Shown here piece after piece: positions 16,549-27,462 of a DNA stretch of 64,000 bases. Both the position numbers and the translations under genes were made by a program. The notes under the pieces were generated by a model that saw only the letters and a list, made by a program, of their open reading frames with translations, had not been told where the DNA came from and searched no databases. How positions within the stretch are numbered: the stretch's first letter is position 1; each line of letters begins with the position of its first letter. This stretch comes from Oligoflexia bacterium (lineage in GTDB: Bacteria > Bdellovibrionota > Bdellovibrionia > JABDDW01), in NCBI GenBank assembly GCA_023250675.1, contig JAHFAE010000003.1, forward strand, positions 4,311 to 68,310, written 5' to 3'.

Positions 16549-17512
16549 CCTTAAGAAAAAATTCGCAAACCTCATCAAAACAAACGACAAATTCTTAGTC
16601 TCAGGTCATCAAGGACCCGATGGAGATGTTATCGGTTCCACCTTGGCCATGACCTTGGGCCTTAAAAAACTTGGTAAAAGGGCCTTGGCCTATAATTCTG
16701 ATGGCTGTCCGCAATTCTTAAAGTTTCTTCCAAAATCAGAAACTGTGGTCAGTGAAATTCCAAAATATTTTTTAGACGCCATTTTGATTACTGTGGATTC
16801 AGGCGATCTTCAAAGGCTCGGGCCCACAATTGAAAATTTTGGCTTTAGAGAAATTTGGAATGTGGATCATCACCAAAGTAACACACGATTCGGCAAACAT
16901 AATTTTATCGATGTCAAAGCAGGTAGTACGGGTCAAGTTGTGATGGAGCTTTTGGAGAGTTGTCGCGGATTTAAATTAACAAAAGAAATAGCAAACTCTA
17001 TATTTTGCACGCTAAGTACCGACACAGGAAGTTTTAGGTACAGCAATGCGACGACTGAAGTATTTGAATTAGCCTCAAAATTAGTTCAAAATGGCGCGCG
17101 ACCTGAACTTATTAGTGAAGCTCTCTATGAAACTTACCCTCAGCGACGTCTTGTTCTGATGCATAAAGTTTTGGGTACAATGAAGTTTGAACAAAACGGT
17201 CAATTGGCTAAAATGTTTCTTACCCAGGCTGATCTCGATGAGGCAGGAGCTTTGGGAGAGGACTCTGATGAGTTTGTTAATTTGCCTAGGGGTGTAGTAG
17301 GTGTAAAAGTGGTTTGTTTTGTGAAAGAAAAATCTCCTGATCAATGGAAGATTTCTCTGAGATCCCGAGGAAATCTAAATGTTCTTCCTGTGGCCCAAGC
17401 TTTTGGCGGCGGTGGCCATAAGTTAGCAGCCGGTTGTACAATCAGCGGATCGAAGAATGAAATAGAGAAGAAACTTGATCAAGAATTAACCAAACACGGT
17501 TATTTCTCATGA
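16535..17512 (+). CDS. nrnA: DHH-family phosphoesterase (NrnA-like oligoribonuclease/pAp phosphatase)
   Basis: DHH motifs (DGD, DHH at NVDHHQSN) and a GGGH DHHA1 motif. Confidence 0.7.
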   Translation: MLKPDLKKKFANLIKTNDKFLVSGHQGPDGDVIGSTLAMTLGLKKLGKRALAYNSDGCPQFLKFLPKSETVVSEIPKYFLDAILITVDSGDLQRLGPTIENFGFREIWNVDHHQSNTRFGKHNFIDVKAGSTGQVVMELLESCRGFKLTKEIANSIFCTLSTDTGSFRYSNATTEVFELASKLVQNGARPELISEALYETYPQRRLVLMHKVLGTMKFEQNGQLAKMFLTQADLDEAGALGEDSDEFVNLPRGVVGVKVVCFVKEKSPDQWKISLRSRGNLNVLPVAQAFGGGGHKLAAGCTISGSKNEIEKKLDQELTKHGYFS

Positions 17513-18405
17513 ACAGTCTCAATGGTGTTGTTTTAGTTGATAAACCCAGCGGAATGACAAGTCACGATGTGGTTGAAGATTTGAGGCGCATCCTTAAAAT
17601 TCAAGCGGTTGGTCATGCGGGCACTCTTGACCCCTTAGCGACAGGCCTTTTGGTTTGTCTTGTCGGTGAAGCCACAAAACTGAGTCAGTACGTGATGAAT
17701 GAAGAAAAATCTTATCGAGTTGGTTTGAGATTCGGTATTCGTACGGACTCAGGGGATATTACAGGTAAAGTCATGGCAGAGTGTGATGCGGGAAGCATTG
17801 AGATTCCAGATTTGAAAATTAAGATTGACCAACTCGTGGGTGAGATTTCGCTTCTTGTTCCCAAGTACTCGGCGGTTAAAGTCGGGGGACGAAAGCTTTA
17901 TGAATATGCTCGAAAAAATGAAGATGTAGAAGTTCCTAAAAAGATAATGACCATCCATCGTGCCCAACTCTTAGAATATTCCCAAGGCCAAGCTCTTATA
18001 GATATTGATTGTGAAAAGGGCACCTATGTTCGTTCGTGGGTTGAAAAATTAGGAGAAAATTTGGGTGTAGGAGCAACCGTTACGAGCCTTAGACGATTAA
18101 CCTCTGGGGCTTTTAAAGTTGAACAAAGTCAAACAGTTAGCGAGATTTCCGAGAAACTAAATGAGGGAGATGGCCCCTTGGTTCCTATGGAGGACGTCTT
18201 AGGAGCTTGGCCGGCGCTAATGGTATTTAACCGAGATCAAACTTTATTAAAAAATGGCCAAATTCCACGAGGAATATTTGGTCAAATTTCTCAAATCGAT
18301 GTGAAGCACGGGATTCGTTTACTTGATGATCAAGGGCAGCTTTTGGCGCTTGTGGTCAGGGATGATGAAAAAGGAATTAAACTTGCGAGGGTCTTTAAAA
18401 ATTGA
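17509..18405 (+). CDS. truB: tRNA pseudouridine(55) synthase TruB
   Basis: The HAGTLDPLATG motif carries the catalytic Asp. Position before rpsO. Confidence 0.85.
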   Translation: MNSLNGVVLVDKPSGMTSHDVVEDLRRILKIQAVGHAGTLDPLATGLLVCLVGEATKLSQYVMNEEKSYRVGLRFGIRTDSGDITGKVMAECDAGSIEIPDLKIKIDQLVGEISLLVPKYSAVKVGGRKLYEYARKNEDVEVPKKIMTIHRAQLLEYSQGQALIDIDCEKGTYVRSWVEKLGENLGVGATVTSLRRLTSGAFKVEQSQTVSEISEKLNEGDGPLVPMEDVLGAWPALMVFNRDQTLLKNGQIPRGIFGQISQIDVKHGIRLLDDQGQLLALVVRDDEKGIKLARVFKN

Positions 18406-18469
18406 TAACAACACGTTCTCTAGTTGGTTCGCTTTGCCGCCGGCCAAACTGGATTAAGGAGTAGATCAT

Positions 18470-18739
18470 ATGGCAATAGATAAAGAGTTAAAGCAATCCA
18501 CAATCAAAAAGCATCGTCGAAGCGAACTGGACACGGGTAGTCCCGAAGTTCAAATAGCTTTGCTGACGAATCGAATCAATGATTTGACGGGCCACTTCAA
18601 AACCCATGTCAAGGATACTCATTCTCGCCGTGGTCTTTTAAAAATGGTTGGTCAACGTCGACGCCTTTTGGAATACCTTAAGCGACGCGATACAAGTAAA
18701 TACAAATCGCTGATCGAAGACCTAGGTATTCGTAAATAA
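18470..18739 (+). CDS. rpsO: 30S ribosomal protein S15
   Basis: 89 aa with the conserved S15 sequence ([24 protein letters not shown]...). Confidence 0.9.
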   Translation: MAIDKELKQSTIKKHRRSELDTGSPEVQIALLTNRINDLTGHFKTHVKDTHSRRGLLKMVGQRRRLLEYLKRRDTSKYKSLIEDLGIRK

Positions 18740-18799
18740 TTAATCTTTGTCGTGTCACAAACAAGTGCAGACGTCAATTTTAGATAAAGGGAGGCCATT

Positions 18800-20926
18800 A
18801 TGGCCCAACATCCGAGTTGGAAAGTAGTTAAAGAAACATTTAATTTTGGAGACAAAGCAATCACTCTAGAAACTGGCAGGCTTGCAAAACAAGCAGATGG
18901 CGCGGTTTTAGTGTCGTGCAATGAAACAACTGTTTTAGTAACAGTGGTATCTGATCGTGAAGCCAAGCCGGGCCGAGACTTTTTTCCGCTTACCGTCGAG
19001 TACCAAGAAAAATATTATGCTTCAGGCAAGATTCCCGGCGGATTTTTTAAAAGAGAAGCCAAACCATCGACTGATGCGACTTTGACTGCACGCCTTACTG
19101 ATAGACCGCTGCGGCCCTTGTTCCCCAGTGGGTATATGAACGATACTCAAATTGTTGCCACAGTACTTAGCGCAGATAACACAGTTGAACCTGGAATTTT
19201 GGCGGGTATTGGAGCCTCTGCGGCTCTTCATATTAGTGATATTCCTTTTGGTGGTCCCATTGCCACATGCCAAGTGGCCCGTGTTGATGGAAAATTCATC
19301 GCTATACCGAGCAGAGAACAAATTGAAAATGGGGATCTTGAACTCATCGTCGCCGGAAGTAAAACTGCCGTTCTCATGGTTGAGGGTGGTGCAAAGTTTA
19401 TTTCAGAAGCTGATATGCTCGAGTCTATAAAATTTGGTCATGAGACATTACAGGCTGCTATCTCTGCTCAAGATCGGCTTCGAAAATCTGTTGGTAAAAC
19501 AAAAAGAGAATTTGTGCCCGCTGAAACAGATTCAGCGTTTAGAAAAGAAGTGGAATCCTTTTTAAAGCCAAGAATTCGTGAAGCACTTCTTATTAAAGAA
19601 AAACTTGCCCGCTATCAAGGATTTGACGAAGCAAAGACCCAAGCAAAAGAGCGGTTTTTAACTGATGGCTCCATGGCCCCTGAACTCTTAGAGCAAAGAA
19701 AAAAGGAATTAGGGAATATTGTCGAGGATGTGAAATACACTGTTTCAAGAGAGATGATTATTAAAGAAAAACATCGTATTGATGGGCGCTCCACTACAGA
19801 CATTCGACCCATAACCTGTGAAGTGGGGCTGTTGCCACGGGCGCATGGTTCAGGCCTTTTTACTCGTGGTGAGACTCAAGTATTAGGCGCAGTGACTCTT
19901 GGTACTAGCGATGATGAACAGCTTATTGATTCTGTTGCGGGCAACTACTACAAAAGATTTATTTTGCACTATAACTTCCCTCCCTATAGCGTTGGCGAAA
20001 CAGGACGAATTGGATCCACAGGCCGACGTGAAATTGGCCATGGTGCACTTGCTGAAAGAGCATTGAGAGTCATCATGCCTGATCATTCCAAATTTCCTTA
20101 TACGGTTAGAATAGTTGGCGAAGTATTTGAATCCAACGGCTCTTCGTCGATGGGCACCATTTGCTCAGGCTGTTTAGGAATGATGGATGCAGGAATTCCT
20201 GTTATTGAACCCGTCGCTGGAATCGCCATGGGATTAATTAAAGAAGGAAACGACGTCGCTATTCTCTCAGATATATTGGGTGACGAAGATCACCTCGGAG
20301 ATATGGATTTTAAAGTAGCCGGTGGAAAATCAGGTATTACCGCCTTTCAAATGGACATCAAAATTGATGGTGTAACCTTCGACATTATGAAAACGGCATT
20401 GGCCCAAGCAGCTCAAGGGAGAGCCCATATTTTGGCTGAGATGAATAAGGTATTAAGTGAACCGCGAAATGACATTAGTCGTTATGCTCCAAGAATTGAA
20501 ACCATTCAAATTAAGCCAGATAAAGTCAGAGAAGTTATCGGCCCCGGAGGCAAAATGATTAAATCAATCATAGAGGCCACCGGTGTTAAAATTGACATCG
20601 AAGATGATGGCAAAATTCATATTGCCACCAGCGATCCTGAGGCAGCTAAAAAAGCCATCTTGATGATTAAAAATATTTGTGCCGAAGCTGAGGTTGGCAA
20701 AACTTACCACGGTAAAGTTAAAAAGATTATGGATTTTGGGGCTTTTGTTGAGATCTTACCAGGCACGGATGGACTCCTTCATATTTCTGAAATTGCCCAT
20801 GATCGAATTCGAGCTGTAGGTGATGTTTTAAAAGAAGGAGATGAATTGGACGTGCAAGTTTTAGACGTAGATCGAGCCGGCAAGATTAAATTGTCCCGAA
20901 AAATTCTTTTGGCTAAATCTCCCTAA
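18800..20926 (+). CDS. pnp: polyribonucleotide nucleotidyltransferase (PNPase)
   Basis: Two RNase PH domains plus KH and S1 domains; 708 aa. Confidence 0.9.
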   Translation: MAQHPSWKVVKETFNFGDKAITLETGRLAKQADGAVLVSCNETTVLVTVVSDREAKPGRDFFPLTVEYQEKYYASGKIPGGFFKREAKPSTDATLTARLTDRPLRPLFPSGYMNDTQIVATVLSADNTVEPGILAGIGASAALHISDIPFGGPIATCQVARVDGKFIAIPSREQIENGDLELIVAGSKTAVLMVEGGAKFISEADMLESIKFGHETLQAAISAQDRLRKSVGKTKREFVPAETDSAFRKEVESFLKPRIREALLIKEKLARYQGFDEAKTQAKERFLTDGSMAPELLEQRKKELGNIVEDVKYTVSREMIIKEKHRIDGRSTTDIRPITCEVGLLPRAHGSGLFTRGETQVLGAVTLGTSDDEQLIDSVAGNYYKRFILHYNFPPYSVGETGRIGSTGRREIGHGALAERALRVIMPDHSKFPYTVRIVGEVFESNGSSSMGTICSGCLGMMDAGIPVIEPVAGIAMGLIKEGNDVAILSDILGDEDHLGDMDFKVAGGKSGITAFQMDIKIDGVTFDIMKTALAQAAQGRAHILAEMNKVLSEPRNDISRYAPRIETIQIKPDKVREVIGPGGKMIKSIIEATGVKIDIEDDGKIHIATSDPEAAKKAILMIKNICAEAEVGKTYHGKVKKIMDFGAFVEILPGTDGLLHISEIAHDRIRAVGDVLKEGDELDVQVLDVDRAGKIKLSRKILLAKSP

Positions 20927-20931
20927 CTTCT

Positions 20932-22185
20932 ATGTTTCGAAAAACCGTTTTAGATTCAGGAATAACGGTTGTAACTGAAAATCATGAGCATCAACGAGCT
21001 GTCTGCGTTGGTGCTTTTATTTTAACGGGTACCCGCGACGAGGATTCAAAGCACATTGGGATCACTCACTTCGTCGAGCACATGATTTTTAAGGGGACAA
21101 AAAATAGAAATGCGTCAGAGATTTCTCGATCTTTAGAGTGTGTGGGGGGTGAACTCAATGCTTACACAACCCGGGAGTACACTTGTATTCATGCCCTTTC
21201 TCTCAAAGAAGATCTCAATTTGGACATTGACGTCATCGGCGATCTCATTTGCAATGCCCGTTTTTCACCGTTGGAATTTGAAAGAGAAAAAAAAGTCATC
21301 TTGCAAGAAGTGGGAATGACCGAAGACACTCCTGAAGAGTTTATTTTTGATTTATTTTTTGAGCGAATCTATGGGAAGTCTTCTTTGGGTTGGCCCATTT
21401 TAGGATCAGCAAAAAGTCTTGACCAAATCGCGCGGGGTGATTTGATCAAATATTATAAAGAGGGTTATTTAAAAGGAAATATTATTGTTGCAGCGGCGGG
21501 CTGCCTTGACCACGAGGAGGTTGTAGCTGGAGTTAAGCGAGCCTTTAAGCTGAAGAAAAAATCTCTAAATAAAATGGAGCGTAAGGTACCCGAGTGGATT
21601 ACAACTAGGGAAGTTGTTCAAAAAGAGGGTGAACAAACCCACATTGTGGTCGGGTTTGAAGGCCTAAGCTACGTTGAACCGAGACGATTTGATTCATTTG
21701 TTTTAAATGCCTGGCTCGGTGGAGGAATGAGTTCAAAACTTTACCAGTCCATACGTGAAAAGAAAGGTCTAGCCTATACGGTTTACTCTAATCTTACCTA
21801 ATTCACTGATTGTGGCGCTCTCACTGTCTATGTGGGTACCGATGAGAAGAGCGCCCCGCAGGTCATCGATGCAGTTTATCGCGACGTCAAAGAATTAAAG
21901 AAAAAGAATTTAGATTCTGACTCGCTTCACCTTTTTAAACAGCAGGTTCGTGGTGGAGTTTTGCTCGCCGCAGATGATATGGAAAGCCGTATGACGTCGT
22001 TAGGCGTTAATGAAATGAACTTTGGAGATTATGTTTCAGTAGAATCAGTTGTTGAGTCGATTGAAAAAGTCAAAGCCGCTGATGTTCGAGATTTGGCCAA
22101 TGAGTTATTAACCCATGATAAAATGGCTGTGCTTGTGATGGGCGAAGTAAATGTGAACAAGATGAAAAAACTGATTGCGGGCTAA
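20932..22185 (+). pseudogene. M16-family zinc peptidase interrupted by an in-frame TAA at 21799-21801
   Basis: The inverted zinc motif HFVEHMIFKG is present. ORFs 20932-21801 and 21832-22185 are in the same frame and separated only by TAA (...YSNLT*FTDCGALTVYVGT...). The flanking sequence matches the conserved M16 (ys..dtGlfgiY.gt) region. Confidence 0.6.
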
Positions 22186-22195
22186 TATTTAGAAC

Positions 22196-22663
22196 ATGGA
22201 AAAGATTCGGATTAAAATAAGAAAACTTCATTCTGCTTTGGAATCCATTCCTACTTACCAATCTGATGAAGCCTGTGGTGCTGATGTTTGTGCTTTTTGG
22301 GATGGCAGTAGTGGGTCGATTGCGTTGAAGCCCAATGAAAGAATGTTGATTCCCACAGGCTTATCTTTTGAAATTCCAAAAGGATATGAAATTCAAGTGA
22401 GGCCTCGAAGTGGATTAGCGGTGAAATCTGGCATTACGATTCTAAATTCTCCTGGGACCATTGATAGTGATTATCGAGGTGAGTTACAACTCATTGTCAT
22501 TAACTTAAGTGATAAAGAATTTATTATTAAAAATGGAGATCGTCTAGCTCAACTGGTCGTGGCTCCTGTCATAAGAGCCGAATTTATTGAATCCCAAGAG
22601 CTGGCAGTTTCGAACAGAGGAAGCGCCGGATTCGGTAGTACCGGGTTAGATAAAAATATATGA
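22196..22663 (+). CDS. dut: dUTP diphosphatase
   Basis: dUTPase motifs (RSGLA, IDSDYRGE...). Confidence 0.85.
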   Translation: MEKIRIKIRKLHSALESIPTYQSDEACGADVCAFWDGSSGSIALKPNERMLIPTGLSFEIPKGYEIQVRPRSGLAVKSGITILNSPGTIDSDYRGELQLIVINLSDKEFIIKNGDRLAQLVVAPVIRAEFIESQELAVSNRGSAGFGSTGLDKNI

Positions 22664-22740
22664 AAATTTTCTAGAAAGCAAAAGCAAATCCTGACCAATT
22701 ATCAAACCTAACATCGTCTCCAAATTTCGAAATATTTAGT

Positions 22741-23442
22741 TTACTGAGATCCGTGTTCTAATTCTTTATGAATTTGATCAAGACTTGCAGGTGTGTAGTC
22801 TTGAACTTTAATGTGGTTAGAAGTGATGTCCATAATTATTCCGTAAAACCAAATAAGAATCACAAATCCACTGGCTGCACCCACCATTTGGAATACTTTT
22901 TTCTTATCTAAGAGAAAATTTTCGACTAAACCCGTGACTAAGAGCCCCGCTGAAATAACTATACCTAATAAACTAATAAAATTTACGGGTCTCGCCAATG
23001 GCGAAATAATTTCTAAAATTTCTGAAGGTATGAGAGCCATAACAGCTACGATAAATAATTTTCTAAATTCTAGTTCAGTTTTTAGCCAAAAAAGGCAGGT
23101 GTAATAGAAAAACCCGGCTAATATAAATGTGACGGCGAGGCCTCGAACGGGGCCGATAATAACACCGCCAATAACACTTAAGAAATTTCTAGAAACAATT
23201 CCACCTAGAACACTTGATCCGCCCGCCAATACCACTTCTAACATTATTACGGCCGGCCAATCCCATGATGGGACAGATTTCATGGATTCAAAAGGGTGTT
23301 TCAAAAAGCTAGGTAAAAAGAAAATTACTTCTTTTAGCCTGGCTTTGAGGTCTTCGGCACTAAGATTAAAGGCCCATCGGGGAGTCTGAGGAGGTATATT
23401 GCTCATGTTGTCATTGTGATGTCTTGAGAGCGTGTTCTGCAA
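22741..23442 (-). CDS. hypothetical polytopic membrane protein
   Basis: Five or six hydrophobic helices. No motif recognised. Confidence 0.35.
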   Translation of the reverse strand: MQNTLSRHHNDNMSNIPPQTPRWAFNLSAEDLKARLKEVIFFLPSFLKHPFESMKSVPSWDWPAVIMLEVVLAGGSSVLGGIVSRNFLSVIGGVIIGPVRGLAVTFILAGFFYYTCLFWLKTELEFRKLFIVAVMALIPSEILEIISPLARPVNFISLLGIVISAGLLVTGLVENFLLDKKKVFQMVGAASGFVILIWFYGIIMDITSNHIKVQDYTPASLDQIHKELEHGSQ

Positions 23443-24205
23443 GAAAAATGCAATGTTCTAAAAAGGTTTCGTGGGCTGTTTTTTCGTTTGCCGGCCAAGG
23501 TTTTCTCCCTACAACTTGAAGGTGATCGCCAGGAAATTCGCACCAAATACTTCCAATGCTTTTTGCGATGCGTTGGGAAGCCAAGGGTACGAGGCCGTCA
23601 TTTTCTGTAGGCAATTTCATTTTTCTCAAAATTCTAGTGAGCAAACGATGTTGCAACGCCACTTTTCGGGCTCTTGGAATATCTAAACGAGGATTACTTA
23701 TGATCGCTGTGACTAAAACGTCGGTCGGTTTAACAAAATTATTTAATGCGCGGGTTGCGGACTCTTTGGTCAGAGTTTCGTTGATACTCGCAAAGAGATT
23801 TAGGCCTAGCTTTCGTCCTTTGGCGCCATAATCTGCCCACGGGGTACCGCCGAAAACGGGACTCACCAGTGTGACACTTGAAATACGTCCCTTAAGATGG
23901 GGGCGACACATGAGTTCCAAAGAATTTACAGTGGCAAGGGAATGAGCAATTATGTGTATTTTCTTATGTACATTTAATATTTCAGTGAGCTGATCTTCGA
24001 ATTGTATTATACGAACTTTGTTTGGTCCTCTCCAATTGGATTTTAGTTCGTAAGTGAGAAACCCTTGGTCTTTGAGATATTCAGGAATTCCGTGCCAATA
24101 ATCTCGAAAATGAAAGATGCTCTTTAAGCCATGAAGAAAACAAATGGGGTAGGGGGAGATAAGGTAGTTATGTCTTTCCGATGATCGGGGAATTTGACGC
24201 ATCAA
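23411..24205 (-). CDS. alpha/beta-hydrolase (lipase/esterase-like)
   Basis: Nucleophile elbow IIAHSLA (a G-x-S-x-G variant) and an oxyanion-like CFLHG near the N-terminus. Confidence 0.5.
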   Translation of the reverse strand: MMRQIPRSSERHNYLISPYPICFLHGLKSIFHFRDYWHGIPEYLKDQGFLTYELKSNWRGPNKVRIIQFEDQLTEILNVHKKIHIIAHSLATVNSLELMCRPHLKGRISSVTLVSPVFGGTPWADYGAKGRKLGLNLFASINETLTKESATRALNNFVKPTDVLVTAIISNPRLDIPRARKVALQHRLLTRILRKMKLPTENDGLVPLASQRIAKSIGSIWCEFPGDHLQVVGRKPWPANEKTAHETFLEHCIFLAEHALKTSQ

Positions 24206-24843
24206 AAATGACCAGTAAATTTCATTCCCAAATCCATACTTGTTGGGTCATCCCCAGACGCCATTGGCAAGTGGTTGGTCAATTCAATGCCGGCGCTGGC
24301 TTGACCGGTAATCCAATATTCACCACCAAAAGCTAAAACTGTGCAGGCACTATTGAATGATTGATCAGGGGAACCTGCGATTTTAACTGAATAGGATCTG
24401 CTTCCCACTCCCAAACCGCCGTGTAAAGTAAGAGCCGTCAATATGGGTTTGTCGTAGAGCAGGCGAAGTTCAAATCCACTCGAGGCAAGACGTGAGCGAC
24501 CCATATTAGATTCGGGGTATCCCACGACATGACCTTCTGCAATCCAATTCTCTGAAAAAAGATCAGCTCCGAAATTAAGGTCAAATCCCTTAATTCCGCC
24601 GCGCTCTCTGATTCCTGGTGAAATCTGAAAGTCTTGAAACGAATTTAATAGGGCAACTCCAGCGTGAAGTCTCACTTCGTCAAATATGGAGAGCTCGTCT
24701 TGAGAATTTTCATAGGAAACCCCAGGATATGGTATCCTTAAATCGTCATAACCTGAATATGGTGCCCCGAAGCCCCACGACGATGTGAAAATGAGCGCGA
24801 ACGAAAAAAATATTCGATGGCAAGCCTTGGATCCTGTCAACAT
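24202..24843 (-). CDS. outer-membrane beta-barrel protein (possibly a PagL-like deacylase)
   Basis: Signal peptide, alternating amphipathic strands and a C-terminal aromatic (…GHF). The start codon overlaps the stop of the upstream hydrolase gene by 4 nt. Confidence 0.35.
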   Translation of the reverse strand: MLTGSKACHRIFFSFALIFTSSWGFGAPYSGYDDLRIPYPGVSYENSQDELSIFDEVRLHAGVALLNSFQDFQISPGIRERGGIKGFDLNFGADLFSENWIAEGHVVGYPESNMGRSRLASSGFELRLLYDKPILTALTLHGGLGVGSRSYSVKIAGSPDQSFNSACTVLAFGGEYWITGQASAGIELTNHLPMASGDDPTSMDLGMKFTGHF

Positions 24844-24942
24844 TTTCCCACCCCCAACTAAATTTTAACTCAATATGATAGACTCTGCCCCGTCAAAAAT
24901 CTGACTTTTCATTGATCACAATGAATTAGATAATGATGACTG

Positions 24943-25356
24943 ATGATCACTGTGAAATCAGAATGCTATTGCGCCCTTTGCCGAAACAAAAGAACGGTTT
25001 ATGCGAAACGGTCCTTAAGTCTAGTTAACTATTTGTTGGCTGCCGCCTTTACCGTAGCTTTAACTTGGTTGCTTTGGCATCAAGCCGATGCAAGGGGGCT
25101 TCTAATCTATATTGGGGCCATCGCAATCGCCGAGATTTTCATTTTGCTTCGAAGGAGAACGGGTTTGGCTTGCCCTCATTGTGGATTTGACCCAGTTTTG
25201 TATTCCCGAAATCAAGCCACCGCCCGTGATTTAGTAATTAAACACCTTGAAACTCGACAAGAAGATCCCAATGTATGGCTCGCCCGGCGGCCACCCATTC
25301 GGGGAGCTTCGAGAAGAAAGAAAAACAAAGATTCCACAAGAGAAATCATAGTATAA
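24943..25356 (+). CDS. small membrane protein with a split Cys4 motif
   Basis: CxxC and CPHCG flank two TM helices. Confidence 0.3.
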   Translation: MITVKSECYCALCRNKRTVYAKRSLSLVNYLLAAAFTVALTWLLWHQADARGLLIYIGAIAIAEIFILLRRRTGLACPHCGFDPVLYSRNQATARDLVIKHLETRQEDPNVWLARRPPIRGASRRKKNKDSTREIIV

Positions 25357-25364
25357 CACGTTTC

Positions 25365-26603
25365 ATGGGATATTGGTTAGCTGGAATTATTTTCTTCTTC
25401 ATTACCTTCGGTCCACGTTTTTACTCATTCATGAACTATGGATTCGGATTTTCAGATTTGGGTCTCTATTCCCAATTTTTGGCCGCGCTTTCTCATAACA
25501 ATTTTAATCCCTTCATCCCCTCTTGGGGAAAGGAGTTTTTTAAAATTAAATCTCAACCAATTTTAGTTTTGCTCTACCCCTTGAGTAAGTTTTCAATTTC
25601 TCCCGTTTGTTTTTTATTTCTAGATGAAATTTCAATATTCATGACTGCCGCAGTTTGCGCTCGGCACTCCAAAAAATCGGGACATCCTCAAGTTTTTAAT
25701 TACGCTTTATTTTTTGCAGTCCTATTTTCTCAGAGTTATTTTTCGGTCCTTCATGGGGCTGCTCGAATGACTCTTTGGGCACAGATCCCTCTGGCTCTTT
25801 TGGTGAGTGAATTTTTTTTAAAAAGAAGAATATTGTTTTTGTTCACGTTTTCAACTCTTCTTATCGCATTGGATCTCAATTTTTGGATTCTAGGTGTTGC
25901 GTTGGGAGTTATGTCGCTTATCACGAGATCAAATCGCTGGAACTTTAAAGCTAGAGTTTTAACATCCGCCCCAATCCTAGTGCCTTCTATTTTGGGATTT
26001 TTAGCAAGTGGAGGGTTTATTTTTGACAGGGAACTCTTTTTTCAAATCCACCAAGACAATTTATTAAACTGGTTTATCGGGTTTTGGTTTTTGCCACTGC
26101 TTTGCCCAGAGATGCTAATAGCGGCATTTTTGGCATTAGGGGTTCGGTTGAGTTCAAGTTTTCATGATCCGAGTATTCTAATACCATTGGGGGCTATAGG
26201 CAGTTCTATGGTTTTGGTAAGACTGAAAATTCGTGACGACTGGCTTGTTAAGTTATTTAGTTCAGGCCTTGTGGCCACGGCAATTTATCTCAATTTGATT
26301 TCAAGTGATCCTTTTTTTAGCTTTTGGAAAAATGATCGTTGGATCGTTACAGAAAACTCTACGGCCATATCTAATATGGTAGCAAAAATTTCCCCCCAGA
26401 ATTCTGTAGCTGCGAACGATTTCATTTCACCCCATTTAGCTTTTACCAAATATATGATTTCATTGGGAGCAACGGGGCCGGGGTCCCCGGTTGACTATGT
26501 CTTGAGCGTGCATGAGTCAACTCATTATGATAGAGATCCTCGATACACGTTGGTAGAAAGCCATAGTTCTAGTGGTGCTAGACTTTTACATAAAATTAAG
26601 TAA
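25365..26603 (+). CDS. polytopic membrane protein, possibly a GT-C-type glycosyltransferase
   Basis: More than ten TM helices. It lies immediately upstream of a polyprenol-phosphate mannosyltransferase gene. The function is inferred from context only. Confidence 0.35.
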   Translation: MGYWLAGIIFFFITFGPRFYSFMNYGFGFSDLGLYSQFLAALSHNNFNPFIPSWGKEFFKIKSQPILVLLYPLSKFSISPVCFLFLDEISIFMTAAVCARHSKKSGHPQVFNYALFFAVLFSQSYFSVLHGAARMTLWAQIPLALLVSEFFLKRRILFLFTFSTLLIALDLNFWILGVALGVMSLITRSNRWNFKARVLTSAPILVPSILGFLASGGFIFDRELFFQIHQDNLLNWFIGFWFLPLLCPEMLIAAFLALGVRLSSSFHDPSILIPLGAIGSSMVLVRLKIRDDWLVKLFSSGLVATAIYLNLISSDPFFSFWKNDRWIVTENSTAISNMVAKISPQNSVAANDFISPHLAFTKYMISLGATGPGSPVDYVLSVHESTHYDRDPRYTLVESHSSSGARLLHKIK

Positions 26604-26617
26604 TTAATATCTATTAT

Positions 26618-27367
26618 ATGAAGAAACTCATCGTAATTCCCACCTATAACGAACGCGCCAACATCATTGAACTTATGAAAGCCATTTTTCTGATTGTGCC
26701 CGATACGAGTATATTAGTCGTTGATGACGGGAGCCCTGATGAAACGGCTACAGCGGTTTTGGAGTTTAACAAGATTGAAAAGCGAACTTTTCTGTTGCAA
26801 CGTACAGAAAAAAAGGGCCTTGGCCCTGCCTATGTGGCGGGATTTAATTGGGGATTAGAACGGGGTTACGAATTTATTTCTGAAATGGATGCCGACTGGA
26901 GCCATCCCCCTCGTTTTTTGAAAGCCATGCACGAGATGGCTGTGAATTGCGATTTTGTCGTAGGCTCTCGTTATGTTAAGGGTGGTGGATCTATTAATTG
27001 GAGTTTTTTTAGAAAACTTATTTCTCGGTTTGGAAGTCTTTATTCCCAAATTATTTTAGGTGTTCCCATCAATGACTTTACCGGTGGGTTCAACGGATGG
27101 CATGCCAAAGTTTTGCAAGCTGTGGATTTATCTTCTATTGCCTCTGATGGTTACAGTTTTCAAATTGAATTGAAGTATCGCGCTGCCAAACTTGGTTTTT
27201 CATTCAAAGAATTTCCGATAATTTTTGAAGAGCGTCGAGAAGGTCAGAGCAAAATGTCTTCGGCCATTGTTCGCGAAGCAATTTGGAAGGTTTGGGCCAT
27301 TCGGCTGAATCAAATAAATAGGCAAGACGACGTCGCTTCAAAATCTTTGGGCGGTAAATCCAACTAA
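26618..27367 (+). CDS. GT2 polyprenol-phosphate (dolichol-P-mannose synthase-like) glycosyltransferase
   Basis: The N-terminus IVIPTYNE....VVDDGSPD is the GT2 signature, and a DAD motif follows. Confidence 0.7.
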   Translation: MKKLIVIPTYNERANIIELMKAIFLIVPDTSILVVDDGSPDETATAVLEFNKIEKRTFLLQRTEKKGLGPAYVAGFNWGLERGYEFISEMDADWSHPPRFLKAMHEMAVNCDFVVGSRYVKGGGSINWSFFRKLISRFGSLYSQIILGVPINDFTGGFNGWHAKVLQAVDLSSIASDGYSFQIELKYRAAKLGFSFKEFPIIFEERREGQSKMSSAIVREAIWKVWAIRLNQINRQDDVASKSLGGKSN

Positions 27368-27462
27368 TTTTTTTCTCAAATGTTAGGAAGTAGTGCCGCA
27401 TAAGGTAAAAGGTGCCTGGCACCCTGGGATACCCTTATATTTGCGGAAAAACCGCCAGGCAC

